From Eledone cirrhosa (Eukaryota), in contig OZ024740.1 in NCBI GenBank assembly GCA_964016885.1, positions 9,734,001-9,798,000 on the forward strand: a DNA stretch of 64,000 bases. Direction: 5' to 3'. Both the position numbers and the translations under genes were made by a program. Below the pieces are notes generated by a model, which was given only the letters and a program-made list of their open reading frames with translations, ran no database searches and was not told where the DNA came from. Position 1 is the stretch's first letter. Each line of letters opens with the position of its first letter. Of the stretch, positions 35,786-48,100 are shown one piece after another.

Positions 35786-38700
35786 CTTGCACCAGACTGA
35801 TGGAGGGGTGCTGGTGGTAGTCTTGTGGTTTATGTGACCACTGGTCATCTGTTTTAGACTTGTCACCAGACTGAGAGAGGGGTGCTAGTGGTAGTCTTGT
35901 GGTTGATGTGACCACTGGTCATCTGGTTTAGGTTTGTCACCAGACTGAGAGAGGGGTGGTGGTGGTGGTCTTGTGGTTGATGTGACCACTGGTCATCTGG
36001 TTTAGGTTTGTCACCAGACTGAGAGAGGGGTGCTGGTGGTAGTCTTGTGTTTGATGTGACCACTGGTCATTTGGTTTAGGTTTGTCACCAGACTGAGAGA
36101 GGGGTGCTGGTGGTAGTCTTGTGGTTGATGTGACCACTGGTCATCTGGTTTAGGCTTGTCACCAGACTGAGAGAGGGGTGCTGGTGGTAGTCTTGTGGTT
36201 GATGTAACCACTGGTCATCTGGTTTAGGTTTGTCACCAGACTGAGGAAGGCGTGCTGGTGGTAGTCTTGTGGTTGATGTGACCACTGGTCATCTGGTTTA
36301 GGCTTGTCACCAGACTGAGAGTGGGGTGCTGGTGGTAGTCTTGTGGTTGATGTGACCTCTGGTCATCTGGTTTAGGCTTGTCACCAGACTGAGAGAGAGG
36401 TGCTGGTGGTAGTCTTGTGGTTGATGTGACCACTGGTGTTCTGGTTTAGGTTTGTCACCAGACTGAGAAAGGGGTGCTGGTGGTAGTCTTGTGGTTGATG
36501 TGACCACTGGTCATCTGGTTTAGGCTTTTCACCGGACTGAGAGAGGTGTGCTGGTGGTAGTCTTGTGGTTGATGTGACCACTGGTCATCTGGTTTAGGCT
36601 TGTCACCAGACTGAGAGAGAGGTGCTGGTGGTAGTCTTGTGGTTGATGTGACCACTGGTCATCTGGTTTAGGCTTGTCACCAGACTGAGAGAGGGGTGCT
36701 GGTGGTAGTCTTGTGGTTGATGTGACCACTGGTCATCTGGTTTAGGTTTGTCACCAGACTGAGAAAGGAGTGCTGGTGGTAGTCTTGTGGTTGATGTGAC
36801 CACTGGTCATCTGGTTTAGGCTTGTCACCAGACAGAGAGAGAGGTGCTGGTGGTTGTCTTGTGGTTGATGTGACCTCTGGTCATCTGGTTTAGGCTTGTC
36901 ACCAGACTGAGAGAGAGGTGCTGGTGGTAGTCTTGTGGTTGATGTGACCACTGGTGTTCTGGTTTAGGTTTGTCACCAGACTGAGAAAGGGGTCCTGGTG
37001 GTAGTCGTGTGGTTGATGTGACCACTGGTCATCTGGTTTAGGCTTGTCACCAGACTTAGAGAGGGTTACTGGTGGTAGTCTTGTGGTTGGTGTGACCTCT
37101 GGTCATCTGGTTTAGGCTTGTCACCAGACTGAGAGAGAGGTGCCGGTGTTAGTCGTGTGGTTGATGTGACCACTGGTCATCTGGTTTAGGTTTGTCACCA
37201 GACTGAGAGAGGGGTGCTGGTGGTAGTCTTGCGGTTGATGTGACCACTGGTCATCTAGTCTAGGTTTGTCACCAGACTGAGAGAGAGGTGCTGGTGGTAG
37301 TCGTGTGGTTGATGTGATCTCTGGTCATCTGGTTTAGGCTTGTCACCAGACTGAGAGAGGGGTGCTGGTGGTAGTCTTGCGGTTGATGTGACCACTGGTC
37401 ATCTGGTTTAGGTATGTTTACCAGACTGAGAGAGGGGTGCTGGTTGTAGTCTTGCGGTTGATGTGACCACTGGTCATCTAGTCTAGGTTTGTCACCAGAC
37501 TGAGAGAGAGGTGCTGGTGGTAGTCGTGCGGTTGATGTGACCACTGGTCATCTAGTCTAGGTTTGTCACCAGACTGAGAGAGAGGTGCTGGTGGTAGTCT
37601 TGCGGTTGATGTGACCACTGGTCATCTGGTTTAGGTATGTTTACCAGACTGAGAGAGGGGTGCTGGTTGTAGTCTTGTGGTTGATGTGACCGCTGGTCAT
37701 CTGGTTTAGGTTTGTCACCATACTGAGAGAGGGGTGCTTGTGGTAGTCTTGTGGTTGATGTGACCACTGGTCATCTGGTTTAGGTTTGTCACCATACTGA
37801 GAGAGGGGTGCTGGTGGTAGTCTTGTGGTTGATGTGACCACTGGTCAACTGGTTTAGGTTTGTCACCAGACTGAGAAAGGGGTGCTGGTGATAGTCTTGT
37901 GGTTGATGTGACCACTGCTCATCTGGTTTAGGTTTGTCACCAGACTGAGAAAGGGGTGCTGGTGGTAGTCTTGTGGTTGACGTGACCACTGGTCATCTGG
38001 TTTAGGCTTGTCACCAGACTGAGAGAGGGGTGCTGGTGGTAGTCTTGTGGTTGATGTGACCACTGGTCATCTGGTTTAGGCTTGTCACCAGACTGAGAGA
38101 GGGGTGCTGGTGGTAGTCGTGTGGTTGATGTGACCACTGGTCATCTGGTTTAGGCTTGTCACCAGACTGAGAGAGAGGTGCTGGTGGTAGTCTTGCGGTT
38201 GATGTGACCACTGGTCATCTGGTTTACGCTTGTCACCAGACTGAGAGAGAGGTATTGGTGGTAGTCTTGTGGTTGATGTGACCACTGGTCATCTGGTTTA
38301 GGCTTGTCACCAGACTGAGAGAGGGGTGCTGGTGGTAGTCGTGTGGTTGATGTGACCACTGGTCATCTGGTTTAGGCTTGTCACCAGACTGAGAGAGAGG
38401 TGCTGGTGGTAGTCTTGCGGTTGATGTGACCACTGGTCATCTGGTTTAGGCTTGTCACCAGACTGAGAGAGAGGTATTGGTGGTAGTCTTGTGGTTGATG
38501 TGACCACTGGTCATCTGGTTTAGGCTTGTCACCAGACTGAGAGAGAGGTGCTGGTGGTAGTCGTGTGGTTGATGTGACCACTGGTCATCTGGTTTAGGCT
38601 TGTCACCAGACTGAGAGAGAGGTGCTGGTGGTAGTCGTGTGGTTGATGTGACCACTGGTCATCTGGTTTAGGCTTGTCACCAGACTGAGAGAGGGGTGCT

Positions 38701-41700
38701 GGTGATAGTCTTGTGGTTGATGTGACCACTGGTCATCTGGTTTAGGCTTGTCACCAGACTGAGAGAGAGGTGCTGGTGGTAGTCGTGTGGTTGATGTGAC
38801 TACTGATCATCTGGTTTAGGCTTGTCACCAGACTGAGAGAGGGTTACTGGTGGTAGTCTTGTGGTTGATGTGACCTCTGGTCATCTGGTTTAGGCTTGTC
38901 ACCAGACTGAGAGAGGGTTACTGGTGGTAGTCTTGTGGTTGGTGTGACCTCTGGTCATCTGGTTTAGGCTTGTCACCAGACTGAGAGAGAGGTGCTGGTG
39001 TTAGTCGTGTGGTTGATGTGACCACTGGTCATCTGGTTTAGGTTTGTCACCAGACTGAGAGAGGGGTGCTGGTGGTAGTCTTGCGGTTGATGTGACCACT
39101 GGTCATCTAGTCTAGGTTTGTCACCAGACTGAGAGAGAGGTGCTGGTGGTAGTCGTGTGGTTGATGTGATCTCTGGTCATCTGGTTTAGGCTTGTCACCA
39201 GACTGAGAGAGGGGTGCTGGTGGTAGTCTTGCGGTTGATGTGACCACTGGTCATCTAGTCTAGGTTTGTCACCAGACTGAGAGAGAGGTGCTGGTGGTAG
39301 TCTTGTGGTTGATGTGACCTCTGGTCATCTGGTTTAGGCTTGTCACCAGACTGAGAGAGGGTTACTGGTGGTAGTCTTGTGGTTGGTGTGACCTCTGGTC
39401 ATCTGGTTTAGGCTTGTCACCAGACTGAGAGAGAGGTGCTGGTGTTAGTCGTGTGGTTGATGTGACCACTGGTCATCTGGTTTAGGTATGTTTACCAGAC
39501 TGAGAGAGGGGTGCTGGTTGTAGTCTTGTGGTTGATGTGACCACTGGTCATCTGGTTTAGGTTTGTCACCATACTGAGAGAGGGGTGCTTGTGGTAGTCT
39601 TGTGGTTGATGTGACCACTGGTCATCTGGTTTAGGTTTGTCACCATACTGAGAGAGGGGTGCTGGTGGTAGTCTTGTGGTTGATGTGACCACTGGTCAAC
39701 TGGTTTAGGTTTGTCACCAGACTGAGAAAGGGGTGCTGGTGATAGTCTTGTGGTTGATGTGACCACTGGTCATCTGGTTTAGGTTTGTCACCAGACTGAG
39801 AAAGGGGTGCTGGTGGTAGTCTTGTGGTTGACGTGACCACTGGTCATCTGGTTTAGGCTTGTCACCAGACTGAGAGAGAAGTGCTGGTGGTAGTCTTGTG
39901 GTTGATGTGACCACTGGTCATCTGGTTTAGGCTTGTCACCAGACTGAGAGAGAGGTGCTGGTGGTAGTCTTGTGGTTGATGTGACCACTGGTCATCTGGT
40001 TTAGGCTTGTCACCAGAGTGAGAAAGGGGTGCTGGTGGTAGTCTTGTGGTTGATGTGACCACTGGTCATCTGGTTTAAGCTTGTCACCAGACTGAGAAAG
40101 GGGTGCTGGTGGTAGTCTTTTGGTTGATGTGACCACTGGTCATCTGGTCTAGGCTTGTCACCAGACTGAGAGAGAGGTGCTGGTGGTAGTCTTGTGGTTG
40201 ATGTGACCACTGGTCATCTGGTTTAGGCTTGTCACCAGACTGAGAGAGAAGTGCTGGTGGTAGTCTTGTGGTTGATGTGACCACTGGTCATCAGGTTTAG
40301 GCTTGTCACCAGACTGAGAGAGAGGTGCTGGTGGTAGTCTTGTGGTTGATGTGACCACTGGTCATATGGTCTAGGCTTGTCACCAGACTGAGAAAGGGAT
40401 GCTGGTGGTAGTCTTGTGGTTGATGTGACCACTGGTCATCTAGTATAGGTTTGTCACCAAACTGAGAGAGAGGTGCTGGTGGTAGTCGTGTGGTTGATGT
40501 CACCACTGGTCATCTGGTTTAGGTTTGTCACCAGACTGAGAGAGGGGTGCTGGTGGTAGTCGTGTGGTTGATGTAACCACTGGTCATCTGGTTTAGGTTT
40601 GTCACCAGACTGAGAGAGAGGTGCTGGTGGTAGTCTTGCGGTTGATGTGACCACTGGTCATCTAGTCTAGGTTTGTCACCAGACTGAGAGAGAGGTGCTG
40701 GTGGTAGTCGTGTGGTTGATGTGATCTCTGGTCATCTGGTTTAGGCTTGTCACCAGACAGAGAGAGGGGTGCTGGTGGTAGTCTTGTGGTTGATGTGACC
40801 TCTGGTCATTTGGTTTAGGTTTTGCACCAGACTGAGAGTGGGGTGCTGGTGATAGTCTTGTGGTTGATGTGACCACTGGTCATCTGGTTTAGGCTTGTCA
40901 CCAGACTGAGAGAGGGTGCTGGTGGTAGTCTTGTGGTTGATGTGACCACTGGTCATCTGGTTTAGGCTTGTCACCAGACTGAGAGAGGGGTGCTGGTGGT
41001 AGTCTTGTGGTTTATGTCACCACTGGTCATCTGGTTTAGACTTGTCACCAGACTGAGAGAGGGGTGCTGGTGGTAGTCTTGTGGTTGATGTGACCACTGG
41101 TCATCTGGTTTAGGCTTGTCACCAGACTGAGAGAGGGTGCTGGTGGTAGTCTTGTGGTTGATGTGACCACTGGTCATCTGGTTTAGGCTTGTCACCAGAC
41201 TGAGAGAGGGGTGCTGGTGGTAGTCTTGTGGTTTATGTCACCACTGGTCATCTGGTTTAGACTTGTCACCAGACTGAGAGAGGGGTGCTGGTGGTAGTCT
41301 TGTGGTTGATGTGACCACTGGTCATCTGGTTTAGGCTTGTCACCAGACTGAGAGAGGGGTGCTGGTGGTAGTCGTGTGGTTGATGTGACCACTGGTCATC
41401 TGGTTTAGGTTTGTCACCAGACTGAGAGAGAGGTGCTGGTGGTAGTCTTGCGGTTGATGTGACCACTGGTCATCTGGTTTAGGCTTGTCACCAGACTGAG
41501 AGAGGGGTGCTGGTGGTAGTCGTGTGGTTGATGTGACCACTGGTCATCTGGTTTAGGCTTGTCACCAGACTGAGAGAGAGGTGCTGGTGGTAGTCTTGCG
41601 GTTGATGTGACCACTGGTCATCTGGTTTAGGCTTGTCACCAGACTGAGAAAGAGGTATTGGTGGTAGTCTTGTGGTTGATGTGACCACTGGTCATCTGGT

Positions 41701-44700
41701 TTAGGCTTGTCACCAGACTGAGAGAGGGGTGCTGGTGGTAGTCGTGTGGTTGATGTGACCACTGGTCATCTGGTTTAGGCTTGTCACCAGACTGAGAGAG
41801 AGGTGCTGGTGGTAGTCTTGCGGTTGATGTGACCACTGGTCATCTGGTTTAGGCTTGTCACCAGACTGAGAGAGAGGTATTGGTGGTAGTCTTGTGGTTG
41901 ATGTGACCACTGGTCATCTAGTCTAGGTTTGTCACCAGACTGAGAGAGAGGTGCTGGTGGTAGTCTTGTGGTTGATGTGACCTCTGGTCATCTGGTTTAG
42001 GCTTGTCACCAGACTGAGAGAGGGTTACTGGTGGTAGTCTTGTGGTTGGTGTGACCTCTGGTCATCTGGTTTAGGCTTGTCACCAGACTGAGAGAGAGGT
42101 GCTGGTGTTAGTCGTGTGGTTGATGTGACCACTGGTCATCTGGTTTAGGTATGTTTACCAGACTGAGAGAGGGGTGCTGGTTGTAGTCTTGTGGTTGATG
42201 TGACCACTGGTCATCTGGTTTAGGTTTGTCACCATACTGAGAGAGGGGTGCTTGTGGTAGTCTTGTGGTTGATGTGACCACTGGTCATCTGGTTTAGGTT
42301 TGTCACCATACTGAGAGTGGGGTGCTGGTGGTAGTCTTGTGGTTGATGTGACCACTGGTCATCTGGTTTAGGCTTGTCACCAGACTGAGAAAGGGGTGCT
42401 GGTGGTATTCTTGTGGTTGATGTGACCACTGGTCAACTGGTTTAGGTTTGTCACCAGACTGAGAAAGGGGTGCTGGTGATAGTCTTGTGGTTGATGTGAC
42501 CACTGGTCATCTGGTTTAGGTTTGTCACCAGACTGAGAAAGGGGTGCTGGTGGTATTCTTGTGGTTGACGTGACCACTGGTCATCTGGTTTAGGCTTGTC
42601 ACCAGACTGAGAGAGAAGTGCTGGTGGTAGTCTTGTGGTTGATGTGACCACTGGTCATCTGGTTTAGGCTTGTCACCAGACTGAGAGAGAGGTGCTGGTG
42701 GTAGTCTTGTGGTTGATGTGACCACTGGTCATCTGGTTTAGGCTTGTCACCAGAGTGAGAAAGGGGTGCTGGTGGTAGTCTTGTGGTTGATGGGACCACT
42801 GGTCATCTGGTTTTAGCTTGTCACCAGACTGAGAAAGGGGGTGCTGGTGGTAGTCTTTTGGTTGATGTGACCACTGGTCATCTGGTCTAGGCTTGTCACC
42901 AGACTGAGAGAGAGGTGCTGGTGGTAGTCTTGTGGTTGATGTGACCACTGGTCATCTGGTTTAGGCTTGTCACCAGACTGAGAGAGAAGTGCTGGTGATA
43001 GTCTTGTGGTTGATGTGACCACTGTCATCTGGTTTAGGCTTGTCACCAGACTGAGAGAGAGGTGCTGGTGGTAGTCTTGTGGTTGATGTGACCACTGGTC
43101 ATATGGTCTAGGCTTGTCACCAGACTGAGAAAGGGATGCTGGTGGTAGTCTTGTGGTTGATGTGACCACTGGTCATCTAGTATAGGTTTGTCACCAAACT
43201 GAGAGAGAGGTGCTGGTGGTAGTCGTCTGGTTGATGTGACCACTGGTCATCTGGTTTAGGTTTGTCACCAGACTGAGAGAGGGGTGCTGGTGGTAGTCGT
43301 GTGGTTGATGTAACCACTGGTCATCTGGTTTAGGTTTGTCACCACACTGAGAGAGGGGTGCTGGTGGTAGTCTTGTGGTTGATGTGACCACTGGTCATCT
43401 GGTTTAGGCTTGTCACCAGACTGAGAGAGAGGTACTGGTGGTAGTCGTGTGGTTGATGTGACTACTGCCATCTGGTTTAGGCTTGTCACCAGACTGAGAG
43501 AGGGTTACTGGTGGTAGTCTTGTGGTTGATGTGACCTCTGGTCATCTGGTTTAGGCTTGTCACCAGACTGAGAGAGGGTTACTGGTGGTAGTCTTGTGGT
43601 TGGTGTGACCTCTGGTCATCTGGTTTAGGCTTGTCACCAGACTGAGAGAGAGGTGCTGGTGTTAGTCGTGTGGTGGATGTGACCACTGGTCATCTGGTTT
43701 AGGTTTGTCACCAGACTGAGAGAGGGGTGCTGGTGGTAGTCTTGCGGTTAATGTGACCACTGGTCATCTAGTCTAGGTTTGTCACCAGACTGAGAGAGAG
43801 GTGCTGGTGGTAGTCGTGTGGCTGATGTGATCTCTGGTCATCTGGTTTAGGCTTGTCACCAGACTGAGAGAGGGGTGCTGGTGGTAGTTTTGCGGTTGAT
43901 GTGACCACTGGTCATCTAGTCTAGGTTTGTCACCAGACTGAGAGAGAGGTGCTGGTGGTAGTCTTGTGGTTGATGTGACCTCTGGTCATCTGGTTTAGGC
44001 TTGTCACCAGACTGAGAGAGGGTTACTGGTGGTAGTCTTGTGGTTGGTGTGACCTCTGGTCATCTGGTTTAGGCTTGTCACCAGACTGAGAGAGAGGTGC
44101 TGGTGTTAGTCGTGTGGTTGATGTGACCACTGGTCATCTGGTTTAGGTATGTTTACCAGACTGAGAGAGGGGTGCTGGTTGTAGTCTTGTGGTTGATGTG
44201 ACCACTGGTCATCTGGTTTAGGTTTGTCACCATACTGAGAGAGGGGTGCTTGTGGTAGTCTTGTGGTTGATGTGACCACTGGTCATCTGGTTTAGGTTTG
44301 TCACCATACTGAGAGTGGGGTGCTGGTGGTAGTCTTGTGGTTGATGTGACCACTGGTCAACTGGTTTAGGTTTCTCACCAGACTGAGAAAGGGGTGCTGG
44401 TGATAGTCTTGTGGTTGATGTGACCACTGGTCATCTGGTTTAGGTTTGTCACCAGACTGAGAAAGGGGTGCTGGTGGTATTCTTGTGGTTGACGTGACCA
44501 CTGGTCATCTGGTTTAGGCTTGTCACCAGACTGAGAGAGAAGTGCTGGTGGTAGTCTTGTGGTTGATGTGACCACTGGTCATCTGGTTTAGGCTTGTCAC
44601 CAGACTGAGAGAGAGGTGCTGGTGGTAGTCTTGTGGTTGATGTGACCACTGGTCATCTGGTTTAGGCTTGTCACCAGAGTGAGAAAGGGGTGCTGGTTGT

Positions 44701-45184
44701 AGTCTTGTGGTTGATGGGACCACTGGTCATCTGGTTTTAGCTTGTCACCAGACTGAGAAAGGGGTGCTGGTGGTAGTCTTTTGGTTGATGTGACCACTGG
44801 TCATCTGGTCTAGGCTTGTCACCAGACTGAGAGAGAGGTGCTGGTGGTAGTCTTGTGGTTGATGTGACCACTGGTCATCTGGTTTAGGCTTGTCACCAGA
44901 CTGAGAGAGAAGTGCTGGTGGTAGTCTTGTGGTTGATGTGACCACTGGTCATCTGGTTTAGGCTTGTCACCAGACTGAGAGAGAGGTGCTGGTGGTAGTC
45001 TTGTGGTTGATGTGACCACTGGTCATATGGTCTAGGCTTGTCACCAGACTGAGAAAGGGATGCTGGTGGTAGTCTTGTGGTTGATGTGACCACTGGTCAT
45101 CTAGTATAGGTTTGTCACCAAACTGAGAGAGAGGTGCTGGTGGTAGTCGTCTGGTTGATGTGACCACTGGTCATCTGGTTTAGG
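35753..45184. repeat. Copy 2 of the 9,399-bp tandem segmental duplication
   Basis: Matches 26354-35785 in variant order. The only differences I noticed are an extra G at ~42841 and a missing G at ~43024. Confidence 0.96.
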
Positions 45185-48100
45185 TTTGTCACCAGACTGA
45201 GAGAGGGGTGCTGGTGGTAGTCGTGTGGTTGATGTAACCACTGGTCATCTGGTTTAGGTTTGTCACCACACTGAGAGAGGGGTGCTGGTGGTAGTCTTGT
45301 GGTTGATGTGACCACTGGTCATCTGGTGTAGGTTTGTCACCAGACTGAGAGAGGGGTGCTGGTGATGGTCTTGTGGTTGATGTGACCACTGGTCATCTGG
45401 TTTAGGTTTGTTACCAGACTGAGAGAGAGGTGCTGGTGGTAGTCTTGTGGTTGATGTGACCACTGGTCATCTGGTTTAGGCTTGTCACCAGACTGAAGGA
45501 GGGGTGCTCGTGGTAGTCTTGTGGTTGATGTGACCACTGGTCATCTGGTTTAGGCTTGTCACCAGACTGAGAGAGGGTTTCTGGTGGTAGTCTTGTGGTT
45601 GATGTGACCACTGGTCATCTGGTTTAGGCTTGTCACCAGACTGAGAGAGAGGTGCTGGTGGTTGTCTTGTGGTTGATGTGACCTCTGGTCATTTGGTTTA
45701 GGTTTTGCACCAGACTGAGAGTGGGGTGCTGGTGATAGTCTTGTGGTTGATGTGACCACTGGTCATCTGGTTTAGGCTTGTCACCAGACTGAGAGAGGGT
45801 GCTGGTGGTAGTCTTGTGGTTGATGTGACCACTGGTCATCTGGTTTAGGCTTGTCACCAGACTGAGAGAGGGGTGCTGGTGGTAGTCTTGTGGTTTATGT
45901 CACCACTGGTCATCTGGTTTAGACTTGTCACCAGACTGAGAGAGGGGTGCTGGTGGTAGTCTTGTGGTTGATGTGACCACTGGTCATCTGGTTTAGGCTT
46001 GTCACCAGACTGAGAGAGGGGTGCTGGTGGTAGTCGTGTGGTTGATGTGACCACTGGTCATCTGGTTTAGGCTTGTCACCAGACTGAGAGAGAGGTGCTG
46101 GTGGTAGTCTTGCGGTTGATGTGACCACTGGTCATCTGGTTTAGGCTTGTCACCAGACTGAGAGAGAGGTATTGGTGGTAGTCTTGTGGTTGATGTGACC
46201 ACTGGTCATCTGGTTTAGGCTTGTCACCAGACTGAGAGAGGGGTGCTGGTGGTAGTCGTGTGGTTGATGTGACCACTGGTCATCTGGTTTAGGCTTGTCA
46301 CCAGACTGAGAGAGAGGTGCTGGTGGTAGTCTTGCGGTTGATGTGACCACTGGTCATCTGGTTTAGGCTTGTCACCAGACTGAGAGAGAGGTATTGGTGG
46401 TAGTCTTGTGGTTGATGTGACCACTGGTCATCTGGTTTAGGCGTGTCACCAGACTGAGAGAGAGGTGCTGGTGGTAGTCGTGTGGTTGATGTGACCACTG
46501 GTCATCTGGTTTAGGCTTGTCACCAGACTGAGAGAGAGGTGCTGGTGGTAGTCGTGTGGTTGATGTGACCACTGGTCATCTGGTTTAGGCTTGTCACCAG
46601 ACTGAGAGAGGGGTGCTGGTGATAGTCTTGTGGTTGATGTGACCACTGGTAATCTGGTTTAGGCTTGTCACCAGACTGAGAGAGAGGTGCTGGTGGTAGT
46701 CGTGTGGTTGATGTGACTACTGGTCATCTGGTTTAGGCTTGTCACCAGACTGAGAGAGGGTTACTGGTGGTAGTCTTGTGGTTGATGTGACCTCTGGTCA
46801 TCTGGTTTAGGCTTGTCACCAGACTGAGAGAGGGTTACTGGTGGTAGTCTTGTGGTTGGTGTGACCTCTGGTCATCTGGTTTAGGCTTGTCACCAGACTG
46901 AGAGAGAGGTGCTGGTGTTAGTCGTGTGGTTGATGTGACCACTGGTCATCTGGTTTAGGTTTGTCACCAGACTGAGAGAGGGGTGCTGGTGGTACTCTTG
47001 CGGTTAATGTGACCACTGGTCATCTAGTCTAGGTTTGTCACCAGACTGAGAGAGAGGTGCTGGTGGTAGTCGTGTGGCTGATGTGATCTCTGGTCATCTG
47101 GTTTAGGCTTGTCACCAGACTGAGAGAGGGGTGCTGGTGGTAGTCTTGCGGTTGATGTGACCACTGGTCATCTAGTCTAGGTTTGTCACCAGACTGAGAG
47201 AGAGGTGCTGGTGGTAGTCTTGTGGTTGATGTGACCTCTGGTCATCTGGTTTAGGCTTGTCACCAGACTGAGAGAGGGTTACTGGTGGTAGTCTTGTGGT
47301 TGGTGTGACCTCTGGTCATCTGGTTTAGGCTTGTCACCAGACTGAGAGAGAGGTGCTGGTGTTAGTCGTGTGGTTGATGTGACCACTGGTCATCTGGTTT
47401 AGGTATGTTTACCAGACTGAGAGAGGGGTGCTGGTTGTAGTTTTGTGGTTGATGTGACCACTGGTCATCTGGTTTAGGTTTGTCACCATACTGAGAGAGG
47501 GGTGCTTGTGGTAGTCTTGTGGTTGATGTGACCACTGGTCAACTGGTTTAGGTTTGTCACCAGACTGAGAAAGGGGTGCTGGTGATAGTCTTGTGGTTGA
47601 TGTGACCACTGGTCATCTGGTTTAGGTTTGTCACCAGACTGAGAAAGGGGTGCTGGTGGTAGTCTTGTGGTTGACGTGACCACTGGTCATCTGGTTTAGG
47701 CTTGTCACCAGACTGAGAGAGAAGTGCTGGTGGTAGTCTTGTGGTTGATGTGACCACTGGTCATCTGGTTTAGGCTTGTCACCAGACTGAGAGAGAGGTG
47801 CTGGTGGTAGTCTTGTGGTTGATGTGACCACTGGTCATCTGGTTTAGGCTGTTCACCAGAGTGAGAAAGGGGTGCTGGTGGTAGTCTTGTGGTTGATGTG
47901 ACCACTGGTCATCTGGTTTTAGCTTGTAACCAGACTGAGAAAGGGGTGCTGGTGGTAGTCTTTTGGTTGATGTGACCACTGGTCATCTGGTCTAGGCTTG
48001 TCACCAGACTGAGAGAGAGGTGCTGGTGGTAGTCTTGTGGTTGATGTGACCACTGGTCATCTGGTTTAGGCTTGTCACCAGACTGAGAGAGAAGTGCTGG

